From the NCBI GenBank assembly GCA_043826455.1, contig JBDRQD010000038.1:1-58347 (forward strand): a stretch of 58,347 bases of DNA. Direction: 5' to 3'. Each line of letters starts with the position of its first letter. The first letter of the stretch is position 1. The translations under genes were made by a program, and so were the position numbers. This DNA comes from Candidatus Bathyarchaeota archaeon (GTDB lineage: Archaea; Thermoproteota; Bathyarchaeia; TCS64). Positions 29,033-38,482 of this stretch are shown here, piece by piece. The notes beneath the pieces were generated by a model that had not been told where the DNA came from, did no database searches, and was given only the letters and a program-made list of their open reading frames with translations.

Positions 29033-29781
29033 TCCGCGCTGCTGTACTTGGCCTTCAGCTCCTCCACGGTCCTCTCCTCCCCCGCGGTGAGCTTCCCCGG
29101 CTCAAGGGTAACCTTGAAGACCTTCTCGAAGCCCTCTACAAGGGCGTCCCTGGCCTCCCTGAAGGCCACCTCCCTGCCCAGGTACCTGCGCACGTTGGTG
29201 ACCCTCTCCTCCACTGCCTGGATCATCTTGTCGCTTATCTTGGCGTCCGAGACCCTGAGCACCCTGAACATAGTGCGTAAGTCGCTGTCCACAAGCACGG
29301 TGCCGTGCTGAAGCACGACGCCGTGGCGCCTGGTCTGGGCGTTGCCGCTGATCTTCTTGCCCCCCGCCGCTATGTCGTTGACTGGCTTGAACTCTGCGTC
29401 CACGCCCAGCGTCCTCAGACCCTCAATGATGGCTCCACATATCACCTGGTAGGAGGCTAATATGTCGCGAGGCATCTTGGGGTCGGACTCGGGGGCGACG
29501 AGGCTGTAGGTGATCTCGCCGTCGTAGTCGTGGAAGACGGCTCCGCCGCCGGTTATGCGCCGGATGACGTCCACGCCGAGGGCGCCGCAGGTCTCCAGGT
29601 TCACCTCCTTCTCCAGACTCTGGAAGTAGCCGATGCTGACGGCTGAGGGCTTCCACCTGTAGAGCCTTACGGTGTTGGGTGTGTCCTCCTTGAGCCTGTT
29701 TACGGCTATGGCCTCGTCTATGGCCATCTGGGTGGGGGCGTCCTCGATGCGCATGTCGATGAGGCGCCAGGTCTCAGTCAA
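29014..29781 (-). CDS. lplA: Lipoate-protein ligase catalytic subunit (LplA)
   Basis: 'MAIDEA', 'RRITGGGAVFHD', 'KKISGNAQ', 'LQHGT'. Confidence 0.93.
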   Translation of the reverse strand: MTETWRLIDMRIEDAPTQMAIDEAIAVNRLKEDTPNTVRLYRWKPSAVSIGYFQSLEKEVNLETCGALGVDVIRRITGGGAVFHDYDGEITYSLVAPESDPKMPRDILASYQVICGAIIEGLRTLGVDAEFKPVNDIAAGGKKISGNAQTRRHGVVLQHGTVLVDSDLRTMFRVLRVSDAKISDKMIQAVEERVTNVRRYLGREVAFREARDALVEGFEKVFKVTLEPGKLTAGEERTVEELKAKYSSAEWVSQR

Positions 29782-30808
29782 TTTGCTTTACTCCCATCTT
29801 CTTCATCTCTTTGTCCGCTTCTCCCGGCGTGAGGGGCCTGGGGTAGTTGTAGAATGGGCCAGAGGGCCGCTCGTTGTAGAAGGGCCTGTTGCAGCCGGGG
29901 CAGCCTGTGGTCATGAAGGCGGCCCCATCTCTCAGGGTCTCAGCCAGGTTCACGGGGCCGTAACCGGTAATGCGTCCCGCCTCGTCGAAGCTTATATCGT
30001 TGACCCTTATCATGCCTCTGTCTATGAGGTGGCGGGCCGCCTGTATACGCCGGTACGCGTCCAGGGGCGGCTGCGGGACACCGCTTAGCCTTGTGCCCTC
30101 CAGGGGTGTGAAGGCGAAGAGCACCGTGATGACCCCCATGTCCTTGAGGGTCTGGACAAGCTGGGCCGCCTCCCTCTCGGTCTCGCCCAGGCCCACTATG
30201 AGGTTGCTGCCCACGTTTCCCTCCCCGAATAATTTCACGGCTTCTCGGAGAGCCTTCATATGGGTCTCCCAGCGGTAGGGTCCGCCGACGCCGCTGCCCT
30301 TGATCCTGTTGAACACCTCAGGGGTGGCCCCGTCCAGGGGTATGCTGACCCTGTCCACGCCGGCATCCTTGAGGCGTTTGAGGCCGGCGCTGCCCACGGG
30401 GCAGGTGTCCACCGATATGGGTAACCCGGTTTTATTGAAGGTGTCCACGAGGCTGAGGGTGTCCTCCAGGAACCCGGGGTAGTTGATGACCTGGAGGCAG
30501 ACGCGTCTCAGCACCTCGGCTTGGGGTTTGCTGAAGCCTTCCACCACTTTCTCTACTGGGAAGTCGGGCCAGACCACCCTGGAGAGGTGCTGCCTGTCGC
30601 CGCTGTTGTCCCGGGCCTGGGCGCAGAAGCTGCAGTTGGCTGCGCAGCTGCCCTCCGTATAGCTCATGATGTAGGCGGTGGTTGGCGGCACGTGAAGCCT
30701 CATGCGTACTAGGCCTAGGACGGCTGCGGTGCCTACGCTGACCCTTACCCGCTCCGGCTTCAAGTCATGAATGATGGTGTGCCTCCGGTTATGAAGGTTC
30801 TCACCCAT
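29774..30808 (-). CDS. lipS2: Radical SAM lipoyl synthase subunit LipS2
   Basis: 'CAANCSFC' and 'TTGCPGCNRP' (TxGCPxCNRP); probable start ATG 30808 overlapping the upstream stop. Confidence 0.82.
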   Translation of the reverse strand: MGENLHNRRHTIIHDLKPERVRVSVGTAAVLGLVRMRLHVPPTTAYIMSYTEGSCAANCSFCAQARDNSGDRQHLSRVVWPDFPVEKVVEGFSKPQAEVLRRVCLQVINYPGFLEDTLSLVDTFNKTGLPISVDTCPVGSAGLKRLKDAGVDRVSIPLDGATPEVFNRIKGSGVGGPYRWETHMKALREAVKLFGEGNVGSNLIVGLGETEREAAQLVQTLKDMGVITVLFAFTPLEGTRLSGVPQPPLDAYRRIQAARHLIDRGMIRVNDISFDEAGRITGYGPVNLAETLRDGAAFMTTGCPGCNRPFYNERPSGPFYNYPRPLTPGEADKEMKKMGVKQID

Positions 30809-31544
30809 CAGCAAGGAGCCGCGGCAGGTCGCCCAGGCGCTCGATGCAGGCCACCTCGTCCGGGTCGTAGCTGCACTCCACGGCGCTGCTGTAGCTGGAC
30901 CAGTTGCCGTTGCCATCGGTTCTCCGGATGAGGACCGGGTGCATCCCTGCGTCCAGGGCGCCCTGGGCGTCCAGGTCCATGTCCCCCACGTAGACGGCCT
31001 CGGGGGCCTGGACGCCCAGCCGGCTCAGGGATACGCGGTATATCTCTGGGTCGGGTTTGGATGCGCCCACGTCGTCGCTGACTACTATGTCGTGGAATAG
31101 GTGGCGGACGCCCAGCTCGTCTATCATCCGGTGGATCTTGGGGCCGTGCTCCCAGTTGGTTATGAGTCCTACTTTGTAGTTGCGGCCTAGGAGTTCGAGG
31201 AGGGGGACGGTCTCGGGGTCCAGGTACATGTCCCTGTGCCAGACGCCTATGATGTCCTCCACCAGGGGCCTGAGCTCGTGGGCTGGAATGCTTACGCCTA
31301 GGTGGCTACACAGGTGTGTGACTCTGCGCTCGAAGAGGGTCATGCCTGGGGTGTAGGCGGGGGGCTCGGGGCCGTTGAAGAGGACGCTGAGCATCTCCTT
31401 GAACTCTGGGCGGTGGACCTTGGCCCCTCTGAGGGTCATGGCCACGTGGAAGGCTGTGGCCCACTCGTCCCAGGCCCTGTCCACGTCGTCTGAGAGGAGG
31501 AGGGTGCCGTGGAGGTCGAAGATGATGGCCTTGATGCCCTTCAT
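30801..31544 (-). CDS. HAD family hydrolase
   Basis: 'IFDLHGTL', 'ITN', 'KPDPEIY', 'VGD...D'. Confidence 0.85.
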   Translation of the reverse strand: MKGIKAIIFDLHGTLLLSDDVDRAWDEWATAFHVAMTLRGAKVHRPEFKEMLSVLFNGPEPPAYTPGMTLFERRVTHLCSHLGVSIPAHELRPLVEDIIGVWHRDMYLDPETVPLLELLGRNYKVGLITNWEHGPKIHRMIDELGVRHLFHDIVVSDDVGASKPDPEIYRVSLSRLGVQAPEAVYVGDMDLDAQGALDAGMHPVLIRRTDGNGNWSSYSSAVECSYDPDEVACIERLGDLPRLLADG

Positions 31545-31585
31545 TTCTGATCCTCTGGGCGGCTCCGGTTATAAGGGTTGGCGGG

Positions 31586-32641
31586 TTATATCCACTTGGA
31601 GTCCTGGTAGTCGGCTACGGCCAGTATCTCGTTCTGGGGCTCCACGGGGCCGGAGACTCTGCAGGCGTAGATGAGGCCGTCGCAGGGCGCCTTGATCTGC
31701 TCCAGTTCCTTGAGGGTGTAGGGGCTGTATATGGTGCCCAGGACCTCTCCCCTGTGCACCTCTCTGGGCTCTCTGCCGATGCCTACGTCCCGGGGGCTCA
31801 TATCCGTTACTAGGTAGCCGCCTGTGGTGGACCTGACGTGGGGAGCGTTCCTGAAGTAGAACTGCTTCTCAGGCAAGTCGGGTTCGCCGTCCAGCATATT
31901 CAGGTGCCTCATGACGTTGATGGTGCCCTGGACGGCTATCCGTTCGCACTCTGCCTCGAACTCCTCTCCGTGCATGCCTCCGCCTATCTCGGGGACTATG
32001 CACTTGGCTCCGAGGGTGCCGGCGTACTCGGTCATGGGCATGAAACTGCCTCTGGCCAAGGTGCCGGGCGGGTCGTGGAGGATGCCTAGGCCGAAGACGC
32101 GGGCCATCTCCTTGGACTCGGGGTCCAGGTTGAAGAGCATCTTCTTGAGGGCCATGCCTCTCATTTGGCCGTGGTAGTCCAGGATGTGGGTGCAGTGGGG
32201 GATGACGTGGTCGCTGAGGGCGGCGGCGATCCTCATGGTGAGGCTCACGTCGGTGGACTCCATGCTTCCGAAGAGGGGCGTGGAGCGTTTTCCGGGGAAG
32301 ACCCGGTTCATGTTGGCGAAGTCCACTGTCTCCTCGGGTGGGTTGGGGGTCTCCCGGGTCATGTGCATGAAGGCGTAGGGGTTGGCTACGGGCACGGCTA
32401 TGATGGTGCCTCTGAGCTGGGCGGGGTCGGTGTCGTTGACGAGCCGCCTGATGACCCTGTTCTGGTAGTACTCGCTGCCGTGGATGCAGGCGAAGAGGCC
32501 CAGGGTGGGGCCCTTCTGCCTTCCTCTGATTACGTGGACGGGGATTTGGAGGTCGCTGCCGTTGAGCATCTGCGCCACCCTGAGCATGGTGTACGCCTTC
32601 TCGCCCAGCTTGACCTTATGATCGTTGATCGTGAAGGACAT
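31586..32641 (-). CDS. Succinylglutamate desuccinylase/aspartoacylase (M14-like)
   Basis: 'IHGSE', 'NRVFPG', 'DYH', 'EIGG', C-terminal biotinyl-like 'APCDG'. Confidence 0.88.
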   Translation of the reverse strand: MSFTINDHKVKLGEKAYTMLRVAQMLNGSDLQIPVHVIRGRQKGPTLGLFACIHGSEYYQNRVIRRLVNDTDPAQLRGTIIAVPVANPYAFMHMTRETPNPPEETVDFANMNRVFPGKRSTPLFGSMESTDVSLTMRIAAALSDHVIPHCTHILDYHGQMRGMALKKMLFNLDPESKEMARVFGLGILHDPPGTLARGSFMPMTEYAGTLGAKCIVPEIGGGMHGEEFEAECERIAVQGTINVMRHLNMLDGEPDLPEKQFYFRNAPHVRSTTGGYLVTDMSPRDVGIGREPREVHRGEVLGTIYSPYTLKELEQIKAPCDGLIYACRVSGPVEPQNEILAVADYQDSKWI

Positions 32642-32721
32642 GGAGGATACTCTGGTCAACGGGATAAAAGATGATTGAGGGACTGAATAAACAGAAATAG
32701 TGAGTTGGACGAGGATTAGCC

Positions 32722-33537
32722 ATGAAGCTTCTAGGTGAGACCCTGTACGAGGTGCGGGGCCCCAAGACTCTCTTCGAGATGAGCTGGCCGGAGGTGGAGG
32801 AGGCTCTGAAGAAGACGGACATCGTCATCATTCCTGTCGGCTCTACGGAGCAGCACGGCACCCACCTGCCCCTGGGCTCTGACACACTGCAGGCCACGGA
32901 CATGGCCAAGATGGTCATCAAGCAGCTGGCCGATGAGGGTGTGACCGTCTGCGCAGCGACCACCATACCCTTCGGCATAAGCCACGCCCACATGAAGTTC
33001 CCGGGCACGATTACTCTTAGTTCGGAGACCATGATGCGGGTCATCATGGAAGTGTGCAGGAGCCTCCACTATCACGGGTTCAAGAAGTTCTTGTTGTTGT
33101 ATGGCCACGCGGGTAACCTTGCCACGCTGAGGCTGGTGGCTCAGGACCTGGCGTTGATCCTGAAGGACTCCAAGATCATTGTGCCTGACTGGCTGCCGGT
33201 GATGGGGGCCAGGTACCCTGAGATACTGAAGTCGCCCCGGCCGAGAAACGAGCACCACTCCGCTGAGGGGGAGACGGCTAGGCAGATGTTCAGCACCCCC
33301 GCCCTGGTGTCCAATAACCGGGGTGAGCCCTTCTATGTGCCGGAGGAGCTGGACCCCTACGCCAAGAAGCCCTACGTGGGCTCGGTTACAGTCGCCCAGA
33401 GCGGCGTGGGGATGAAGGAGATGACGCCCTTCGGGGTCATGGGGGACGCGTCCAGGGCGACGGCGGAGACGGGTGAGAAGCTGTACGAGGTCATAACGGG
33501 CTGGCTCTGCCAGGTGGTTAAAGCCGAGCTGCTGTAG
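32722..33537 (+). CDS. Creatininase family amidohydrolase
   Basis: 'PVGSTEQHGTHLPLGSD', 'GHAGN', 'HSAEGET'. Confidence 0.9.
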   Translation: MKLLGETLYEVRGPKTLFEMSWPEVEEALKKTDIVIIPVGSTEQHGTHLPLGSDTLQATDMAKMVIKQLADEGVTVCAATTIPFGISHAHMKFPGTITLSSETMMRVIMEVCRSLHYHGFKKFLLLYGHAGNLATLRLVAQDLALILKDSKIIVPDWLPVMGARYPEILKSPRPRNEHHSAEGETARQMFSTPALVSNNRGEPFYVPEELDPYAKKPYVGSVTVAQSGVGMKEMTPFGVMGDASRATAETGEKLYEVITGWLCQVVKAELL

Positions 33538-34320
33538 GTGGTCGGTTTGAAGGCGAATTCTCTTAAGGAGAAGCTGAGGCGGGGGGAGGTCATTGTCGGC
33601 ACCTTCCTGTTCAGCAGCAGCCCTGTGGTGATGGAGGTGCTGGGCCACGCGGGCCTGGACTTCGTCATCATAGACACGGAGCACGGGCCCACGGGGCCCT
33701 TGGATACAAACGTCTTCGGTCATCTGGTGCGGGCGGCGGAGTCGGCGGGCGTGGTGCCTCTGGTCAGGTTGCCTGAGAGAAGCAGGGTCATGACTCAGAA
33801 GGTGCTGGACATGGGGTGCATGGGGGTGGTGGTGCCCATGGTGGAGACCGCGGACGAGGTCAGGGAGATCGTTAAGGATTGCAGGTACCCTCCGGCGGGG
33901 GACAGGGGCGCATGCTACCTGACCCGGGCAGCCAAGTACTCTGCTGGGTTCACGGGGGACTACTGGGAGGAGGCTAACAGGAGCATCATGGTGGTGCCCC
34001 TGGTGGAGAGCCGGACGGCCATCGACAACCTGGAGGAGATAGTGCAGGTGGAGGGGGTGGACTTCGCCTTCTTCGGGGGCAGAGACTACGCCATGAGGGC
34101 TGGGTACTCCACGGTGAACAACCCGGAGAACCAGGCCGCCATGAAGAGAGCTCACGAGTTGTGCGAGAGGTATGGTGTGCCTCTGGCCCGGTTCCTGTAT
34201 CCGCCCTTCGACGAGTCGGTGAGGAAGGCGATTAAGGATGGGGCTAGGGTGCTGGTGGCGGGCGGCGACGTGTCGCTGCTCATGTGGGCCGCGGAAACTA
34301 TGGTCAAAGCTAAAGCGTAA
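33538..34320 (+). CDS. HpcH/HpaI aldolase family protein
   Basis: 'DFVIIDTEHG', 'VPMVET', 'RYPPAGDRG', 'LVES'. Confidence 0.9.
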   Translation: MVGLKANSLKEKLRRGEVIVGTFLFSSSPVVMEVLGHAGLDFVIIDTEHGPTGPLDTNVFGHLVRAAESAGVVPLVRLPERSRVMTQKVLDMGCMGVVVPMVETADEVREIVKDCRYPPAGDRGACYLTRAAKYSAGFTGDYWEEANRSIMVVPLVESRTAIDNLEEIVQVEGVDFAFFGGRDYAMRAGYSTVNNPENQAAMKRAHELCERYGVPLARFLYPPFDESVRKAIKDGARVLVAGGDVSLLMWAAETMVKAKA

Positions 34321-34527
34321 CTATCCTTCTTTTATGAATACACCAAAGAATTGTTACATGGAACAATTAAACTATAAAGGAACCTATTTAGCTAAAAACA
34401 CCGCAAAACTAACCCAGAAAAAACTCACATTCTTCCACGCAGCTGTCATCAAACCCCTAAAATCGCTAAATACCAAGCCACTTGTAACACAAACTTTCAG
34501 AGAAAAAAACCGGAGAAAAACGTGAGC

Positions 34528-37014
34528 TCAGCTCTTGTAGCTCGGCTTGATCCGGGCCCTCCGCAGAAGGTTCGCGTTAGACACCACAGTGATACTGCTC
34601 AACGCCATAGCCGACTCAGCTATCACCGGGTGCAGGAAACCCACCACAGCCAACGGGATCGACACCACATTATAGAAGAACGCCCAGAACAGGTTCTGCC
34701 TGATCTTATCAAACGTCGCGTGGCTCAGGTTAATAGCGGTCACCAGCCCCGTCAGGTCGCCCCGCACCAGGATCACGTCACCGCTCTCAATGGCGATATC
34801 CGTCCCCGTCCCGATGGCCACACCCACGTTCGCCTGAGCCAACGCAGGCGCATCATTAATCCCGTCCCCCACCATAGCCACCAACCCATACTTCTCCTGA
34901 GCCTCCATAACCACCCTCACCTTCTCGTCAGGCATCACCTCCGCGTAGACCTCACTCATCCCAATGCGGGCCGCGATGGCGTCTGCGGTCTGCCTGTTGT
35001 CCCCCGTCAGCATAATCGTCTTCAGGCCCATCCGCCCCAGCTCCCGGATGGCGTCCACGGAGTCATCCTTCAGTGTGTCAGCCACGGCGATGATGCCCGC
35101 AAACCTCCCATCCACCCCCACGGCCATCACCGTCTTAGCCTCAGACTGAAGACGGCTGAACTCCGCCCGCTGAGCCTCAGACATCTCAACACCCAGAAGG
35201 CTGGGCTTGCCCACCACCACCCTAACACCGCCCACACTGCCCTCCACGCCCTGCCCCTTAAGAGCCTGGAAACCCTCAGGCCGACTCAGCTCTAGCCTTC
35301 TATCCATGGCGCTTCGAACAACAGCTTTGGCAAGAGGGTGCTCCGATCCCATCTCGAGGCTGGCAGCGTAGCGGAGGATCTGGTCCTCGGTTAGATCATC
35401 CGCGACCACTATGTCGGTGACCTCGGGCTGGCCCTTGGTTATGGTGCCTGTCTTGTCCAGCACCACGGCCCTTACCGCCTTCATGGTCTGGATGGCCTCG
35501 CCCCGGCGGATCAGAATCCCGTTCTGAGCCCCCATACCCGTCCCCACCATCAACGCCGTGGGCGTCGCCAGGCCCAGGCTACACGGGCACGCGATGACCA
35601 GCACAGAGATCATGGCCGAGATGGCCAGCATCAGCTGAGGCAGCCCCGTGTTCACCCACGGGATGAACCCGCCGCCCCACGCCAGCACCGCGTTCAACGG
35701 ACCTGGAAACACGTTCCAGATAGCGAAGGTAAACGCGGCCACGGCGATGACCACCGGTACGAAGACGGCAATAACGTCGTCCGCGAACTTCTGAATAGGA
35801 ACCTTTGTCCCCTGGGCCTCCTCCACCAGCTTCACTATCTGGGCCAGGAACGTGTCCTTACCGATCCTCGTCGCCTCCACGTGGAGAAGCCCCTCCTGGT
35901 TCACCGTGGCCCCGATCATCTCGTCCCCCAGACGCTTACCCACCGGCATGCTCTCACCGGTGGCCATGCTCTCGTCCACGCTGCTCTCACCGAAGACGAC
36001 CACGCCGTCAGTGGGCACCTTCTCCCCCGGCTTCACCACCATGACGTCCCCCACCTTAACCTCGCCGACGGGCACCTCCGTCTCCACGCCGTCCACCAGG
36101 ACCTTAGCCGACTTGGCCTCCAGCTTCAGCAGCTGCCTGATGGCCTGGCTGCTCTGACCCTTCGCCAAGGCCTCGTAGTATCGGCCCGTGATGTGGAAGC
36201 TGAGGATCATGGTGCTGCTCCCCGCGTAGTTGAAGAGAGGCCACACGAAGCTAGCCGGCCCCGTCAGCCACGCGATGATGGTTCCCATGGCTATAAGTAA
36301 ATCCATGTTGGCCGAGCCGTGAGTCACCGACGCGTACGCCGACCTTATGGTGGGCCACCCCACCCAGAATATGACGGGCGCCGAGATCAACGTGATGCCT
36401 AGGTTGAAGATGAACATGTTAGGCCACATGACGCCGAAGAACATCTCAGGGATCATCCACAGAATGATAGGAATGGTCAACGCCCACGCCGTGAGCATCC
36501 TCCTCCTCACCTTCCCCAACTCCTCCTGGGTGATGTCTACCTCCTCCTCCTCGCTGACATTATACCCGGCGTCCCTCACAGCCTTCCTGAGGTCCAGGAT
36601 ACTCACTTTCTGAGGGTTGTACCGGACGAAGGCCTTCTCAGTGGCCAGGTTCACTACCGCGTCCTCCACCCCGTCCACCCTCCTCAAAGCCTTCTCCACA
36701 GCCGCCACACACGCCGCGCACGTCATACCCACGATCCTGAGGGTGATCTCCCTCCGCGTATCCGATGGGAGAACCGGCTCGTACTCCACCTCCCGGATGG
36801 CGTCCCCTATCTCTTCCACGCTGATCCTGTTCGGGTCAAACTCCACCACGGCCTTCTCCGTGGCGTAGTTAACGTCCGCCTTCACCACCCCCTCCTTCCT
36901 GTACAGGTTCTTGGTGATGGTCTGGGCGCAGGTGGCGCAGTGCATCCCCTTCACGGGGATCACCATGGTCTTGCTGTCCTTTCCCTCCGGGCTCCGCGAC
37001 TTCGATTCTGTCAC
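34528..37014 (-). CDS. copA: Cu(I)-translocating P1B-type ATPase
   Basis: Two HMA domains (GMHCATC, GMTCAAC), [26 protein letters not shown] and MxxSS. Confidence 0.96.
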   Translation of the reverse strand: MTESKSRSPEGKDSKTMVIPVKGMHCATCAQTITKNLYRKEGVVKADVNYATEKAVVEFDPNRISVEEIGDAIREVEYEPVLPSDTRREITLRIVGMTCAACVAAVEKALRRVDGVEDAVVNLATEKAFVRYNPQKVSILDLRKAVRDAGYNVSEEEEVDITQEELGKVRRRMLTAWALTIPIILWMIPEMFFGVMWPNMFIFNLGITLISAPVIFWVGWPTIRSAYASVTHGSANMDLLIAMGTIIAWLTGPASFVWPLFNYAGSSTMILSFHITGRYYEALAKGQSSQAIRQLLKLEAKSAKVLVDGVETEVPVGEVKVGDVMVVKPGEKVPTDGVVVFGESSVDESMATGESMPVGKRLGDEMIGATVNQEGLLHVEATRIGKDTFLAQIVKLVEEAQGTKVPIQKFADDVIAVFVPVVIAVAAFTFAIWNVFPGPLNAVLAWGGGFIPWVNTGLPQLMLAISAMISVLVIACPCSLGLATPTALMVGTGMGAQNGILIRRGEAIQTMKAVRAVVLDKTGTITKGQPEVTDIVVADDLTEDQILRYAASLEMGSEHPLAKAVVRSAMDRRLELSRPEGFQALKGQGVEGSVGGVRVVVGKPSLLGVEMSEAQRAEFSRLQSEAKTVMAVGVDGRFAGIIAVADTLKDDSVDAIRELGRMGLKTIMLTGDNRQTADAIAARIGMSEVYAEVMPDEKVRVVMEAQEKYGLVAMVGDGINDAPALAQANVGVAIGTGTDIAIESGDVILVRGDLTGLVTAINLSHATFDKIRQNLFWAFFYNVVSIPLAVVGFLHPVIAESAMALSSITVVSNANLLRRARIKPSYKS

Positions 37015-37030
37015 GGTAGGCTAACTGTAG

Positions 37031-37080
37031 CCGCGGATTAAAAACCTGAACCAGAGGCCATTCAGGTTTATTATCCACGG
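37031..37080. promoter_or_regulatory. 20-bp imperfect inverted repeat forming the divergent copA/copZ promoter-operator
   Basis: ccgcggattaaaaacctgaa (37031-37050) versus ttcaggtttattatccacgg (37061-37080): 17/20 complementary, 10-bp spacer. Confidence 0.65.
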
Positions 37081-37094
37081 TTCACCACCGTTCA

Positions 37095-37322
37095 ATGATA
37101 CACATGCCTGAAGTTGAGTTAAAGGTCAAGGGAATGAGCTGCGCCCACTGCGAGATGAGGGTCAAGAAGGCCCTGGAGGAGGTGGAGGGCGTCAAAGAGG
37201 CTAAGGCGGACCACAAAAAAGGGCGGGCACTGGTGACCCTAAAGGAGGGCGCCAAGGTGGACGCCAAGAAGCTGGTGGACGCCGTCAACGCCACAGAGCT
37301 GTACACGGCCGAGAAGGCCTAA
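37095..37322 (+). CDS. copZ: Copper chaperone CopZ (HMA domain)
   Basis: 'GMSCAHC'; divergent from copA. Confidence 0.92.
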   Translation: MIHMPEVELKVKGMSCAHCEMRVKKALEEVEGVKEAKADHKKGRALVTLKEGAKVDAKKLVDAVNATELYTAEKA

Positions 37323-37323
37323 G

Positions 37324-38373
37324 CTACCTGCTGTTCTTCAGCTGCTGCTTCACCAGCTCCTGCAGCTGGTTCTTTATGGCTTCCTGGATCTGCTTAGTGT
37401 TCTCCAGGTGCTGCTCAACCTGCTGGTTCTGCTGCTCCCACTGGGCCAGCTCGTCGGCGGCGTTCACCTGCCTCTTAAGCTCGTCCACGATCTGCCTGTT
37501 CACGTTGAACTCGAAGGTGTGTTTGTACTTGGACTCCTTCTGGCCGTACTCCTTGTTGCATAGGTTACACCTGTAGGTGATGGCAACCTCCTCGAACTGC
37601 TCCCCGCAGCCGTCCAGGCACTTGAAGGGCTTATCCGGGTCGGCTCCTCCGCCCACGTTCTTAACGAATATCTTGCCGCCGCACTTGGGGCACACGGGCA
37701 CCGTGTTGACGTTATCCGACTCGCAGCGAGGGCAAGCCATCTTGACCCCCACTGGTTTCTTCATCAGGATCTTGTTTATGGTGAGAACCTGCATCACCTT
37801 ATCCAGGCCCTCCTGGGTCATGTCCAGGAAGCTGGTGTGGTCAGGCTCGTAGCTTTGGATGGTCTCCGTCTTAGGCTTTATCGCGTTGTCCTCGGCCTTC
37901 AGCAGCAGCTTCACCAGCTCCCTGATCTCGGGGTTCCTCATGAGGGTCTTCCTACGGTACTTCTGGCCCTGGTCGTTGGCCAGCTTGTACTCGTACTGCT
38001 CCACGTACTGGACTATCTTCTCGGGGAGGCTCTTGAAGCTCTCCTTAGACTTTATGATATAGTCCACGGCCCCCAGCTTCATGGACTCGATGGCCGTCTG
38101 AGGGTCCTTCTGCTGGGTCACCATTATGATGGGCACCAGTATCTGGAGCTCGTTCAGCTTCCTCAGGATACCCAAGCCGCTGTAGTGCTCTAGGTTGTAG
38201 TCCAGCATCAGAAGGTCATAGTTCTTTTTGAGGAAGATGCTGAAGCACTCCTGGGCCGTCATGACGTGGTCCACCTGGATCCTGAGGCCCGACTTGTCTA
38301 TGAACCGCTGAAGGATCTTGAAGTGATTGGTGTTGTCCTCCACCATGAGAACATGGTACACTCGGTCACTCAA
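37324..38373 (-). CDS. Response regulator: REC + Cys-rich TackOD1-like output + coiled coil
   Basis: 'VEDN...MLDY...VT...IIK' receiver; 'CPRC...CPKC...CLDGC...CNLC'. Confidence 0.8.
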   Translation of the reverse strand: MSDRVYHVLMVEDNTNHFKILQRFIDKSGLRIQVDHVMTAQECFSIFLKKNYDLLMLDYNLEHYSGLGILRKLNELQILVPIIMVTQQKDPQTAIESMKLGAVDYIIKSKESFKSLPEKIVQYVEQYEYKLANDQGQKYRRKTLMRNPEIRELVKLLLKAEDNAIKPKTETIQSYEPDHTSFLDMTQEGLDKVMQVLTINKILMKKPVGVKMACPRCESDNVNTVPVCPKCGGKIFVKNVGGGADPDKPFKCLDGCGEQFEEVAITYRCNLCNKEYGQKESKYKHTFEFNVNRQIVDELKRQVNAADELAQWEQQNQQVEQHLENTKQIQEAIKNQLQELVKQQLKNSR

Positions 38374-38482
38374 GGTAGGCTTCCTTCTTGGAACGGCTCA
38401 TCGCTGCCTGAGTCATGCAGGGACGGGTAAAAAGCATTATTCGCCTGCAATCAGTAACATGGTTCCTCATTACCCTTCCACA

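Noticed and set aside
32731..34155. 474-aa minus-strand ORF, and similar long antisense ORFs (1293-2201, 25552-26460, 26704-27714, 34522-35295)
   Set aside because: Shadow frames opposite well-supported genes in high-GC3 DNA; no motifs and biased composition.
34321..34527. A-rich spacer between the aldolase gene and copA, and ORF 34238-34525
   Set aside because: No repeats, terminal inverted repeats or coding signal; consistent with a terminator-containing region between convergent genes.
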